Assembly (NCBI GenBank): GCA_963777505.1
Contig: CAVZQN010000007.1
Span: forward strand, 64,001-128,000
From: an uncultured bacterium
Lineage (GTDB): Bacteria > Acidobacteriota > HRBIN11 > JAKEFK01
DNA length: 64,000 bases
Direction: 5' to 3'
The notes beneath the pieces are model-generated. The model was not told the DNA's origin. It saw only the letters and a program-made list of their open reading frames with translations, and did no database searches. Of the stretch, positions 18,309 to 29,548 are shown piece by piece. The translations under genes were made by a program, and so were the position numbers. Numbering within the stretch: the first letter of the stretch is position 1; each line of letters begins with the position of its first letter.

Positions 18309-20447
18309 TTAATCCGGAACAATAACGCCCCGTACGTGTTTCTTATACTCTTCAACCGTCATGGATTGAATTCCATTGCGCGCATCGTCAGTTCGTACAT
18401 TAGGATTCGTTTGCGTAGTTCCATTCGGACCTACATCGGTTCCTATTCCGGCCTGATCTCCGCCCCACGGATTCCTGAAGTACACGCGTCCATCTCGGAC
18501 TTCAGTGACCTCCACGGCGTGTCCACCGCCCTGCCAGGCAAGACGTGTATGTACCGGACCTTTTCCGTTTGCGAGTTCCGATTTGGTTTTTTCAAGAATA
18601 TCTGTCTTGTCGTCGCGGAAATTCCATGAACCGTCATAGTGGGAATAATTTTTGTTGTGCAATCCTTCCATGACTCTTTCCTGTTCGTCATATACCAGAC
18701 CTGTTTGGCCATCATTGAATCGGCCAGGCTGAGGCAAGTTCGTATATCCCTTACCTGGGCGCGCATAATCCATCAATGCGGATTGCATAAGCCGTTCACT
18801 GTCGCTTCGAGTGCTGGTATCTTGAGCAAAAGCATCAGCTGGAGCCTGAATTGTCTTACCGTTTGCAAGTTTAGATTGTCCTGTTTGGGCAAGATCTGTT
18901 GCAATACGGGCATATTCCGCTGGATTCTTCGATGCCATCGTATGACTCATGCTGGTAACCGTACATGTGTCTCGGTTGGACTGATCTATATAATGATTCG
19001 GATCGCTAACTTCATTCAGCAGGTTCTCAGTGAAACGTTCCTTCGTTGTTCCCGTCATGCGGGTATCGAGAGGATTCATCGCAGCACGATCCAATTGCTC
19101 TAGCAGCGTTCCTGTATTTCCGTACCCACGGCTGGTCAATGCAGGTTGTCCATTAACATCGCGGCTCATGAGGTTCTGTAGAGCGTCTCGACCGCGCGGA
19201 GATGTATTCTCAAAAACATTCAGCATGCGCTTCTGATCTTGAGTTGATAATCCCGCAAAGCGATCATGCTTGATCATGCGATCTAGACTCTGCAAATATG
19301 CCGGGTTCGCTTTGTCCGAAGCTGCCATGTTAAGCACTTGTGTTTTATTCGCATCATCCATGCCGCGGAAATTTGGACTTCCTGAGATATCGCGAAGACT
19401 TTGCGTGTAAGCTGCATCCTCCGGCTTCTTGGCTTGTGCCTTCAAAAGTTGATCTTGATGTGTGCGTGAAAGCTGACCGAAATTAGGATCGGTTGCAAGC
19501 TTACTCAAATTGTCTTTTGCAGCTTGATTTCCATGATGTTTTTCTAATTGTTCAAGAGTTTGCTTTTGAGTATCTGCATTCAGCTTTTTAAAGTTCGCAT
19601 CATTTTCAAGGTTGGCGCGGTCTTTTACTGTGTCTTTTACAGCCTGGGTATGAGTAGCATCCGTTGGATTGGTTTGCAAACGATCCAATGCGGCTTTTTG
19701 CCCTTCAGGAGAAAGCTTTGCGAAGTTAGGATCAGTCGCGACTCCAACTAAATTTGTGCGTGATGCCTGATTTTCCGGTGCGTCCGGTTTACCGGCTTTT
19801 TGTTCGCTGTATTTGCCCATCTGATCCCGGATTTGCTGTTGTGTTTCCGGTTTCAGAGTTTTGAAGTTCGGGTCCGATTCAAGCTTTAAACGGTCTTGCG
19901 TTCTCGCACCCGCATCTCCATCTGCAGTAAGTCCATTTTCCTTTTGAAATTCTTTTACTGCGCCTTTCGTTTCATTACCATATTTACCATCAACTCCGAT
20001 CTGAGCTTTGCCTTGCCCGGCACGAACATCGTTTAACTGATTTTGAAGATTTTCAACTTCCGGACCTTTACTTCCTTCTTTTAATAATTTCGGAGCCGCT
20101 GGGGCAGTGGAAGTTGTAGCTCCCGTACCCGTACCAGTTGTTGGAGGCGGTGTTGAACCGGTTACAGGAGGTCCACCAGAAGGAGGCGTACCCGTGCCTG
20201 TCACAGTCGGTGGAGCCGCTTGTGATTCAATTTGTGCCTGACGCGCTTGTCCTTCGATCGTATGTTCGGCAACTCGTGCTGATCGGCCCTCCGCGGTCAT
20301 CGGTTTCGAAGTTTGCGTTGTTTGTGCCTGACTTTCAGGCGTGGATGTTTGTTTTACACTTTCCTCTTTTGCAACTGGTGTCGTACTTTCGGTCGCAGCA
20401 GGAGCAGGCTGCGGACTCGTTGACCGTGGACCAACTTTATCAACCAT
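18309..20447 (-). CDS. Peptidoglycan-binding domain plus six helical repeats plus C-terminal papain-like cysteine protease
   Basis: LKEGSKGPEVENLQ..VDGKYG..AVKEFQ..LTADG (PG_binding_1); repeats DPNFxxLxxxxQ; DQSNRDTC, GGGHAV, YFRNPWG catalytic-type motifs; S/T/P-rich N-terminus; AGGAGG RBS. Confidence 0.8.
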   Translation of the reverse strand: MVDKVGPRSTSPQPAPAATESTTPVAKEESVKQTSTPESQAQTTQTSKPMTAEGRSARVAEHTIEGQARQAQIESQAAPPTVTGTGTPPSGGPPVTGSTPPPTTGTGTGATTSTAPAAPKLLKEGSKGPEVENLQNQLNDVRAGQGKAQIGVDGKYGNETKGAVKEFQKENGLTADGDAGARTQDRLKLESDPNFKTLKPETQQQIRDQMGKYSEQKAGKPDAPENQASRTNLVGVATDPNFAKLSPEGQKAALDRLQTNPTDATHTQAVKDTVKDRANLENDANFKKLNADTQKQTLEQLEKHHGNQAAKDNLSKLATDPNFGQLSRTHQDQLLKAQAKKPEDAAYTQSLRDISGSPNFRGMDDANKTQVLNMAASDKANPAYLQSLDRMIKHDRFAGLSTQDQKRMLNVFENTSPRGRDALQNLMSRDVNGQPALTSRGYGNTGTLLEQLDRAAMNPLDTRMTGTTKERFTENLLNEVSDPNHYIDQSNRDTCTVTSMSHTMASKNPAEYARIATDLAQTGQSKLANGKTIQAPADAFAQDTSTRSDSERLMQSALMDYARPGKGYTNLPQPGRFNDGQTGLVYDEQERVMEGLHNKNYSHYDGSWNFRDDKTDILEKTKSELANGKGPVHTRLAWQGGGHAVEVTEVRDGRVYFRNPWGGDQAGIGTDVGPNGTTQTNPNVRTDDARNGIQSMTVEEYKKHVRGVIVPD

Positions 20448-20501
20448 AATTCCTCCTAATATTAAGATCTTATCGATAAACGAAAACTATCGGCTATTGA
20501 G

Positions 20502-20530
20502 TTATCGACAAATTGATTGCGCGAGTTGTG
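20502..20530 (-). promoter_or_regulatory. Putative alternative-sigma promoter CACAAC-N17-CGATAA
   Basis: Minus strand GTCGATAA followed by further GCCGATAG and ATCGATAA boxes upstream of 20447; sigma28-like -10. Confidence 0.35.
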
Positions 20531-20680
20531 TCGCTGGCTATTTGCGGATGTTCTTTGTTTCTACCTTCTTGTTATATCACGGAAGATAAGGAAATGTTCA
20601 GGTAATCTTTACGCGTTTCACGTCATGAAATGTAGTTTCACAATGTGAAACTATCGTACAAATCGTGCTGCCGCGCGTTG

Positions 20681-20708
20681 GGGAATTTTTCTGCCAATTG
20701 TGCGTTAT
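20681..20708 (+). promoter_or_regulatory. Putative ECF-type promoter GGGAAT-N16-CGTTAT
   Basis: Matches motifs at 2706-2733 and 29549-29576; lies just upstream of the AGGAGG RBS of 20728. Confidence 0.5.
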
Positions 20709-20727
20709 CAGTAGGAGGAATACCTTA

Positions 20728-21327
20728 ATGGCAGCGGAAATAATTCGGACGCCGGAAACAAAGCGGGCTCTACCTCCCAATATTCAGACCGTTGCCTCGG
20801 GAATTTCTTCGGCCGCGAAATCACAACCGAAAGAATTAATCGATCATGCCATCCAGTCCTTTAAGTCGATTCAGGAAAAGCAGCTTGGAACTGATGAGTT
20901 GTTTAGATTGCTTGGAGATACATCTGCCCAAGCTGCAGGCCATGTAGACCATCCATTAAAGTATTTCACGTACGAATCCGGAATACGAAAACATCCAGAT
21001 CATAATTCGATTGTCTCAATGAATGATGTGCTTTCACGTCTTCGCAATCAAAGTCTGCATTTTCATCAAGGAATTTCTTCCTTTTTGAGATCAGGTGTTC
21101 AGGAATCTCTTGCGAGTCTGAAAATTAGCAGCAATCCAGGCCTGACTCATCCGCCTGTTCCAACGTCACTGGATGAACTGATTTCAACTGAAAAGTTGAG
21201 AAATCCTGATCGTGATGGATTACAAGTATCGTTGCAAATTATGAATGAAATGTTTTCGACGCTTAAAAGCCTGCAAAGCGACGTCACCGATTTGCGTGTA
21301 AACATGATGCGTTCCATTCGAGCATAG
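20728..21327 (+). CDS. Hypothetical helical protein ending RSIRA, candidate type III export substrate
   Basis: AGGAGG RBS before ATG 20728; C-terminal amphipathic helix LQIMNEMFSTLKSLQSDVTDLRVNMMRSIRA; 9 nt upstream of a SycD-like TPR gene. Confidence 0.6.
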   Translation: MAAEIIRTPETKRALPPNIQTVASGISSAAKSQPKELIDHAIQSFKSIQEKQLGTDELFRLLGDTSAQAAGHVDHPLKYFTYESGIRKHPDHNSIVSMNDVLSRLRNQSLHFHQGISSFLRSGVQESLASLKISSNPGLTHPPVPTSLDELISTEKLRNPDRDGLQVSLQIMNEMFSTLKSLQSDVTDLRVNMMRSIRA

Positions 21328-21336
21328 AGGTTAAGA

Positions 21337-21810
21337 ATGCCAGGAATCAATAAAGTCAAATTCGAACAATTTCGAAACGGGGAAATCAAGTTCACTCAAG
21401 TTTTGAATCTTGACGCGAACCAGGTCGCTTCCCTTTTGCTTTGCGGGCATAATTTTTTTTCTCATGGCCGCATGGAGGAAGCCAAAAAGATCTTTGAGGG
21501 ATTATCTCTTTTGGATCCTAATATTCCATATGTTCACTGCATTCTGGGAGCTATTTATCAACACCTGGAAAAATATGATGCAGCAATCCTTCGATATAGC
21601 CGCGCGATAGAACTTTTTCCACAGGATATCCTCTCCTTAACAAATCGAGCCGAAATTTATCTGAACCAGGGAAAGTTCCAGGAAGCGGCACAGGATTTAA
21701 GAAAAGCAATTGAACTGGACCCGGAAAACAACAATCCTTCAGCGAAACGTGCCCGATTATTAGCTGCCATCACGGCAGAAGCATTGCTGTCAGCAAAAGG
21801 AAAACGATAG
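21337..21810 (+). CDS. SycD/LcrH-like small TPR chaperone
   Basis: 157 aa, three TPRs (GHNFFSHGRMEEAKKIFEGLSLLDP..), paralog of 53676-54158. Confidence 0.7.
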   Translation: MPGINKVKFEQFRNGEIKFTQVLNLDANQVASLLLCGHNFFSHGRMEEAKKIFEGLSLLDPNIPYVHCILGAIYQHLEKYDAAILRYSRAIELFPQDILSLTNRAEIYLNQGKFQEAAQDLRKAIELDPENNNPSAKRARLLAAITAEALLSAKGKR

Positions 21811-21864
21811 TATATTTGCGGATAACATTTATGAGGGGTCTTAGACCGCTCATCATACATTGCG

Positions 21865-24800
21865 ATGTCTTCCGAGAATTGGAATCGGATTAATGAACTG
21901 TTTTATGCAGCTCTGGACCGCCCTCCAGAGTTGCGCGCTGCCTTTCTGAAAGATGCATGCGGTTCGGATTCAACACTTCAGCAAGAAGTAGAATCGCTGC
22001 TTGCTGCGTATACTGACTCAGAGAACTTCATTCAATCCCCTGCCAGTAAAAATGCTCTTGAGTTTTTGCAACATCAGGATGTACAGCTAGCTACCGGCGA
22101 TCGGGTTGGCGCATATAATATCGTTCGCGAAATTGGACGCGGTGGAATGGGTGCCGTTTATCTTGGAGCACGCGCCGATGAACGATTCCAAAAATCAGTT
22201 GCAATCAAACTCATAAAGCGCGGAAGAGACACGGATGATGTCTTAAGGCACTTCCGTAATGAGCAACAAATTCTTGCAAACTTTGATCATCCAAACATTG
22301 CCCGTTTAATTGATGCAGGCAGTACCGAAAACGGCCTTCCGTATTTCATTATGGAACACGTTGAAGGTCAGCCGATCGATCAATTTTGCGATGGGCGATC
22401 GCTTTCAATTACGCAGCGTTTAGAGTTATTTCAGCAAGTGTGTGCTGCGGTATCCTATGCGCATCGCAATCTCGTTGTTCATCGGGATATCAAGCCATCC
22501 AATATCCTGGTGAATTCAGCTGGCGTTCCAAAATTACTCGATTTTGGTATCGCCAAAATCCTGCAGTCCGAAACAGGCGAGCGATCCACCGCAACCGGCA
22601 TCCATTTTATGACGCCCGAATATGCGAGTCCCGAGCAAGCGCAAGGAATGCCGGTAACAACTCTGAGTGATGTCTATTCATTGGGCGTTTTGTTGTACGA
22701 ACTTTTAACCGGTCACTCACCTTACCCTTTGGAAAATCGTTCGGCATTAGAGGTTATGCGGACGATTACGGAGACCCAGCCACAATTACCTAGCGCGATC
22801 ATCAATTCAATTAATCCTGAGTCTGTCAGTAAGACTCGCGAAGGCAGTCCGGAAAAGTTGCGCAGGCGATTGCGTGGAGATTTGGACACTATTGTTTTGA
22901 TGGCGATGCGGAAAGAACCTCAACGGCGTTATCAATCCGTTGATCAACTTTCAGAAGACATTCGGCGACACTTGCAAGAGCTTCCGATCACAGCACGCAA
23001 GGATACATTCGCTTACCGAACCGCAAGATTCGTACTCCGAAACAGAGTCACCGTTGCGATTACTATACTGTCCCTTTTAACAATCGCCTTATTCGGTGCT
23101 GTCATGCAATGGAGATCAAACAAGCAAGCGAAGTTGTTTCAGGAATTCGGACAGGAGGTCAGCCGGATCGAAGCGTCCATGCGTTATGTCTACCTTCTTC
23201 CTTTGCATAATATTCAGCGCGATAAACAGAAAGTCGTAAATCGGCTGAACTCCATGAAGAAAAGGATGCAAGAGATGGGCGGCGTTGCTTACGGACCTGG
23301 CTATTATTCGATCGGAAGAGGCTATCTTTCACTTCATCGATTTCAAGATGCCCACGACAACCTGATTCTTGCATGGCAAAAATATCAGTATCAAGAACCG
23401 GCCGCAGCAAATGCACTGGGTTTATCTCTCGCAATGCTCTATCAGGAAAAGCTTCGTGAAGCAGAACAGTTATATAACAAGGAACAATTGAACCGGCGGA
23501 AAAAAGAACTCGAAGAACTGTATGGCGTACCTGCGCAACAATACATTCAAAAAGGATCGAACGCCTCCGAAGCTCCTGAATATGTGCAAGCACTGTTGGC
23601 ATTTCTTGCAAAACAGTATCCTGAAGCGCTAGATAAAGCGCGCGCTGCAGAACAAGAAATTTCCTGGCATTACGAATCGCAAAAACTTCAAGGTGACATT
23701 TTTGCCGCGATGGGCAATGAACAAAGCAGTGTAGGAAAGAATCCTGATGCTTTAGCATTATATGAGAAAGCAAAGGCGGCATATCTAGAAGCAGCAAAGA
23801 AAGGACAAAGCGATCCACAGATCTATGATGCGTTGTGTTCAGTTCACGCTTCAATTCAAGAAATGCTGGTTCAACAAAAAGGAAGTTCGCCCGAGTCAGT
23901 TTTCACGGAAGGGGTGACCTTTTGTGAGAAAGCAATCATGGCAGATTCAAAGGATATCAATGCAAATCTCATTGCTTCCAAAATTTATCTCGGTTGGGCT
24001 TTTTATCAAAATGAACTGGGAATAGACTCATCGCAAATGTTCGACAAATCTGCGGACTTCGCACGCGAAGCGCTTAAGATCGACCCCGAAAGTGGCCTGG
24101 CTCATCTTGCACTTGGCAATACTCTCAGCAACAACGCAAATTTTGATCTTATTCAAGGGAAAGATCCATCTCCATTTCTAGATCTTGCTGAGCCCAGTCT
24201 TATAAAGGCAAGCAAAAAAATGCCTGAAGACCATGAGCTGTTATCAGTTATGGCCAACAATTCTTTGAAGCGCGGTCAATATGAATTCGAAAAAGGAAAA
24301 AATCCACATCAGAGATTCCAAACAACGATCGATCTATTAAAAAAAGCAATTCAGCTTAGTCCTGACAATTCTAGATACTTTGCCATGCTTGGGGCGGCTT
24401 ATTGTCGGAAAGCTAACAATGAGGATTACACTGGGTTAGATCCTCGTGCATCATTGGAAGAGTCGATTCAGCACTCCAAGCGAAGTTTTACGATCAACCC
24501 AAATTATTTAGCCCCATATGTATGGAGTGGACTTGCTTATATGGGATTGGCAAGCTATGAAATCGAGAGGGGCGAGAATCCGAATCAAGCACTTGATGAA
24601 GCCCTGAAGGCATACAACCAATGTATAGCATTACATCCTGGACAATCGTATGCTCACGCAGGTGTTGGTATCGCACTATGGAAGAGAGCGCATGTTTTAC
24701 AGAAAGAAGGAAAGGATCCGACGGCCGATCTGAATAAGTCTCGTGAGGCATTCAAAAAAGCATTGCAGTTAGACAAACAGACAGTCATTACGTATGCATT

Positions 24801-25245
24801 TTTTGCTGAAGTGGGACTTGTTGCAGCACGCGATGCTATATCGAAAAGAAAGTCTCCACAGCCTTTTTTTAACGAATCAGAAGAAATTGTGCGTGCTTGT
24901 TTATCAATCAATCTGGATTCGAATGAATGTCTGGAATCTTTGACTGCTCTCCATTTGTTGCGCGCAGAATATCGTGTTTCCTTGGGAAAATCTCCGGAAA
25001 GCGAAATTCGCATTGGGCTTAGCACCGCCGAGAAAGCTCTCAAAGAGAATCCAAGAAATGCTCTCGAAACGGCATATCGCGGACAATTATTCTTAATACG
25101 CGCTCAATCCTCAACCGGAGAAACACGTCAAAAAGCTGCACGAAAAGCTGCTGAGTCTTTCGATCAGTCATTCAAGATGAAGAGTATTCTCCGCAGGGAG
25201 TACGGGAAAAATTGGGAAGAATCAAAACAACTTGCTAAGAATTAG
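21865..25245 (+). CDS. Membrane Ser/Thr protein kinase with TPR ectodomain
   Basis: GRGGMGAVY, VAIK, HRDIKPSN, DFG, TPEYASPEQ; TM helix near aa 395-415; long TPR C-terminus; N-terminal W-RINELF..ERAAFL-like helix typical of ECF43-associated kinases. Confidence 0.92.
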   Translation: MSSENWNRINELFYAALDRPPELRAAFLKDACGSDSTLQQEVESLLAAYTDSENFIQSPASKNALEFLQHQDVQLATGDRVGAYNIVREIGRGGMGAVYLGARADERFQKSVAIKLIKRGRDTDDVLRHFRNEQQILANFDHPNIARLIDAGSTENGLPYFIMEHVEGQPIDQFCDGRSLSITQRLELFQQVCAAVSYAHRNLVVHRDIKPSNILVNSAGVPKLLDFGIAKILQSETGERSTATGIHFMTPEYASPEQAQGMPVTTLSDVYSLGVLLYELLTGHSPYPLENRSALEVMRTITETQPQLPSAIINSINPESVSKTREGSPEKLRRRLRGDLDTIVLMAMRKEPQRRYQSVDQLSEDIRRHLQELPITARKDTFAYRTARFVLRNRVTVAITILSLLTIALFGAVMQWRSNKQAKLFQEFGQEVSRIEASMRYVYLLPLHNIQRDKQKVVNRLNSMKKRMQEMGGVAYGPGYYSIGRGYLSLHRFQDAHDNLILAWQKYQYQEPAAANALGLSLAMLYQEKLREAEQLYNKEQLNRRKKELEELYGVPAQQYIQKGSNASEAPEYVQALLAFLAKQYPEALDKARAAEQEISWHYESQKLQGDIFAAMGNEQSSVGKNPDALALYEKAKAAYLEAAKKGQSDPQIYDALCSVHASIQEMLVQQKGSSPESVFTEGVTFCEKAIMADSKDINANLIASKIYLGWAFYQNELGIDSSQMFDKSADFAREALKIDPESGLAHLALGNTLSNNANFDLIQGKDPSPFLDLAEPSLIKASKKMPEDHELLSVMANNSLKRGQYEFEKGKNPHQRFQTTIDLLKKAIQLSPDNSRYFAMLGAAYCRKANNEDYTGLDPRASLEESIQHSKRSFTINPNYLAPYVWSGLAYMGLASYEIERGENPNQALDEALKAYNQCIALHPGQSYAHAGVGIALWKRAHVLQKEGKDPTADLNKSREAFKKALQLDKQTVITYAFFAEVGLVAARDAISKRKSPQPFFNESEEIVRACLSINLDSNECLESLTALHLLRAEYRVSLGKSPESEIRIGLSTAEKALKENPRNALETAYRGQLFLIRAQSSTGETRQKAARKAAESFDQSFKMKSILRREYGKNWEESKQLAKN

Positions 25246-25253
25246 AGCTGCAA

Positions 25254-28200
25254 ATGTCATCCGAAAATTGGAATCGGATTAATGAGCTGTTTTACGCAGC
25301 TTTGGAGCATGCTCCGGAGCTGCGTGATTCATTCTTAAAAGATGCATGCGGAACAGATTCAACACTTCAGCAAGAAGTAGAATCGCTGCTTGCTGCGTAT
25401 ACTGACTCAGAAAACTTCATTCAATCCCCTGCCAGTAAAAATGCTCTTGAGTTTTTGCAACATCAGGATGTACAGCTAGCTACCGGCGATCGGGTTGGCG
25501 CATATAATATCGTTCGCGAAATTGGACGCGGTGGAATGGGTGCCGTTTATCTTGGAACACGCGCCGATGAACGATTCCAAAAATCAGTTGCAATCAAACT
25601 CATAAAGCGCGGAAGAGACACGGATGATGTCTTAAGGCACTTCCGTAATGAGCAACAAATTCTTGCAAACTTTGATCATCCAAACATTGCCCGTTTAATT
25701 GATGCAGGCAGTACCGAAAACGGCCTTCCGTATTTCATTATGGAACACGTTGAAGGTCAGCCGATCGATCAATTTTGCGATGGGCGATCGCTTTCAATAT
25801 CACGCAGCGTTTAGAGTTATTTCAGCAAGTGTGTGCAGCGGTATCCTATGCGCACCGCAATCTCGTTGTTCATCGGGACATCAAGCCATCCAATATCCTG
25901 GTATCGAATTCAGCTGGCGTGCCAAAATTACTCGATTTTGGTATCGCCAAAATCCTGCAGTCCGAAACAGGCGAGCGATCCACCGCAACCGGCATCCATT
26001 TTATGACGCCCGAATATGCGAGTCCCGAGCAAGCGCAAGGACTGGCGGTAACAACTCTGAGTGATGTCTATTCATTGGGCGTTTTGTTGTACGAACTTTT
26101 AACCGGTCACTCACCTTACCCTTTGGAAAATCGTTCGGCGTTAGAGGTTATGCGGACGATTACGGAGATACCCAGCCACAATTGCCTAGCGCGAATCATC
26201 AATTCAATTTCTAATCCTGAGTCTGTCAGTAAGACTCGCGAAGGCAGTCCGGAAAAGTTGCGCAGGCGATTGCGTGGAGATTTGGACACTATTGTTTTGA
26301 TGGCGATGCGGAAAGAACCTCAACGGCGTTATCAATCCGTTGATCAACTTTCAGAAGACATTCGGCGACACTTGCAAGGGCTTCCAATCACAGCACGCAA
26401 AGATACTTTTGCATATCGCACTACACGATTTGTGCTGAGAAACAGAATCACCGTTGCGATTACCATACTTTCGCTTTTAACAATTGCTTTGTTTGGTGCA
26501 ATCATGCAATGGAGATCGAATAAGCAAGCCAAGTTATTTCAGGAATTCGGACAGGAGGTCACGCGAATCGAAGCATCTATGCGATATGCGTACCTGCTGC
26601 CTTTACATAACATTCAACCCGATAAAGAGAAAGTCGTTGACCGGTTGGACTACATGAAAAAGAGAATGCAAGAAATGGGAAGTGTTGCATACGGAGCTGG
26701 TTATTATTCGCTGGGAAGAGGCTATCTCTCACTTCATCGATTTCAAGATGCGTATGACAATCTGATTCTGGCCTGGCAAAAGTATCAGTATCAAGAGCCG
26801 GCTGCTGCAAATGCACTGGGGCTGTCACTTGCAATGCTTTATCAGGAAAAGCTTCGTGAAGTAGAACAGTTACGTGATAAGGAACAATTGAATAAGCAAA
26901 AAGCAGAACTCGAAAAACGGTATGGGGTACCTGCACAACAATACATTCAAAAGGGAGCAAATTCGTCTGAAGCTCCTGAATATGTACAAGCACTATTGTC
27001 GTTTCTGGCAAAACAATATCCCGAGGCTTTAAACAAAGCGCAAACAGCTGAGCAAGAAATTTCATGGCATTACGAATCAAAAACACTTCAAGGTGACATT
27101 TTTTCTGCTATGGCAAATGAACAATACCGTGTAGGAAATATTTCTGAAGCTTCCGAACTATATGAAAAAGCAAAGGCTGCATATCTTGAAGCGGCAAAGA
27201 AAGGGCAAAGCGATCCACAGATCTATGAGGCGTTATGTTATGTTCAATCCCAGATTCAAGAAATACAAATAGATCACAAAAGAAAATCATCAGAAGAAGG
27301 TGTTGACGAAGCAATCAACTATTGCAAGAGCGCACTACAGATTGATTCAAAAAACATCAACGCAAATTTAATTGCGTCAAGAGTCTATAAAAATTGGGCT
27401 TATTATCAGTCCGATCATGGTAATGATCCATCCATCCCGGCGGAAAAGTCTGCCAACTTCGCACATGCAGCGCTAAAGATCGATTCAGAAAATGCGTTCG
27501 CGCATATTGCACTCGGTGAGGCATATTCAACACGTTCCAATTGGGAACTCATTCGCGGGCGAGATCCGATTCCATTTCTGGACCGTGCTGATGTCAGTTT
27601 TACAAAAGCAGCACAAAAACTGCCGGACGATTATCAGTTGTTGTTTCTTCTTGCCAACAATTCTATAAAGCGGGCACAAGATAATATTGTTAACGGGAAG
27701 GATCCGCGCCCGGCGCTCGAAAAATCGATCGAATTTACCGGAAAGGCAATCCCGCTCAATCCGCCGCACATTTTTAGGTATTTCACCATGCTCGGCCACG
27801 CATATCATGTGAAGGGGCAATATGAATTTGACATCGGGTTAGATCCACGAGACTCATTTAACAAATCGATTGAACTATCAAAGCAAAGCATTACAGCGAA
27901 TCCCAACTATTTCATACCTTATATATGGTGTGGACACTCCTATTTGGGACTCGCATTTCATCATATTCAAACAGGAAAGGATCCAAATGCGGCATTGGAT
28001 GAAGCACTCAAGTTTTACAAAAGCACTATTACCATGGACCCTGAGAATTCTTATGCATATCTCGGGATTGGTCTTGTGCACTCAAGGAAAGCCGAGGTTT
28101 TGCTGAAAGAGGGAAAGGATGTAACTCACATCATCAAAATGTGGCGCGAAGCGTTTGGGAAAACGTTGCAATTGGATAATTCGTACACCGCCTTTTATTA

Positions 28201-28648
28201 CTATTTTGCAGAAGCCGAACTCATTGCAGCACGAGATGCTGTATTTCGACGTAAGCAACCAGAGCCATTCTTCAAGGAATTGGAACGAATTGTGCGGGAA
28301 TGCCTTTCAATCAATCCACAATCGGCGGAATGTTTGGAATCATCAGCGGCATTCCATTGGTTGCGCACTGAGTATTCTGCTTCTTTAGGGAAATCAACTG
28401 AAAGCGAAATCCGTATCAGCATGAAAGCTGCCGATGACTCTTTGAAAGTGACCCCCAACAATGGTTTAGTACTCGCCTATCGCGGAAAATTACTTTTGAT
28501 CCGGGCCCAATCTTCATCCGGGGCAGAAAGAAAAAAAGCTGCACAAGAAGCGCAGGCCTCATTTGATAAAGCATTCAAGGCGAAAACAACTCTCCGCAAG
28601 GAATACGAAAAATATTGGGAAGAGGCAAAACGGCTGAGTCAAGACTAA
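25254..28648 (+). CDS. Tandem paralog Ser/Thr kinase-TPR, frameshifted near 25800
   Basis: ORFs 25254-25814 and 25775-28648 together reproduce the 21865-25245 architecture; kinase region near-identical at DNA level. Confidence 0.88.
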
Positions 28649-28655
28649 GCTGGCA

Positions 28656-28679
28656 GGCGGGTCTTAGACCCGCCCCTAC
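28656..28679 (-). repeat. GTAG-type REP-like palindrome
   Basis: GGCGGGTCTTAGACCCGCCCCTAC between convergent genes. Confidence 0.65.
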
Positions 28680-28686
28680 AAGGCTA

Positions 28687-29530
28687 TTAATCTTCTTTTG
28701 GGAGGGTCTGATCTAAATGGAAAAGGGACGAATTGTTTTCTTGTTGTGAGAGATTTTCATTCGTCTGAAATTCTTGCCACACTGGCTCTTGTACGATCGC
28801 ATCCATGTTCATGATCTGTTCACGGGCCGGCTGAGCTTCACGTTCCAGTCTCAACTTTTCCTGCTCAATCGATGCAATGGTGGATTGAATTTCGTTATCT
28901 GTACTCTCCAGGTCCGACATGAGTTGATCCGCATTCATCTCATGCTGCACTGCTTTTTTCTCCAACTCAGCTTGAGCCTGTTTTGCCTTAGCTTTGTAAT
29001 CGCCGGATAGTCCAGCAAAAGCTCCCACTAATCCACCTATGATAGGGATAGCAGGTAGACCACCAATGATTCCTAAAATCCCGGCTGAGCCCATTAGTGC
29101 AAGAACTTCCTCTGAAATCGGCTTGTCAGCCTTGATGGAATCCGCTATTTCCTCTTGCGGCCATTTGAGCATTCTTTCCCTCGGTTTTCTGATGCTCGAT
29201 CTGTTTTACAAATTCGAGCCTCTTTTCTTCCAAAGACTTCAACTTGTCATTCAGCTGCGGTAACGTGTTATCGAATTGTGGACTCATTTCGAAAGAACTA
29301 AAAAGAGACGAAGCTTCTACAGTTGTGTCCAGAGTTGTCGGTGGCTGGATCACGTCTGCAGGTTGAGACTGCGGATCAATGAGATACGAATTGTACGTCT
29401 TAGCCGTCTCAAATAAATCGGTATCTTTCGCAACCCCAAAACTGGTCGTGGGTTGAGGTGGAACCTCCGGTTGCGGCTCCTGATTCACTGTCGTAGGAAC
29501 AAAGTTGGATATTCTTCTGATGAAACTCAT
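28687..29530 (-). CDS. Coiled-coil protein with central Gly-rich hydrophobic hairpin (translocator/pore-former-like), +1 frameshift near 29178
   Basis: GGAGG RBS; removing one G from ACCGAGGGAAAGAATG fuses ORFs 29126-29530 and 28687-29172; hydrophobic LMGSAGILGIIGGLPAIPIIGGLVGAFAGL flanked by coiled coils. Confidence 0.65.
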
Positions 29531-29548
29531 TTGTGCTCCTCCATATCA

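Noticed and set aside
23159-23854. Long antisense ORFs (also 26577-27086, 51881-52351, 18639-19103 and many others)
   Set aside because: They lie opposite well-supported genes, lack RBS and motifs, and are expected shadow ORFs.
25775-25814. Programmed frameshift or stand-alone truncated kinase
   Set aside because: No slippery heptamer; the break is one of several small insertions relative to the near-identical paralog, consistent with assembly error.
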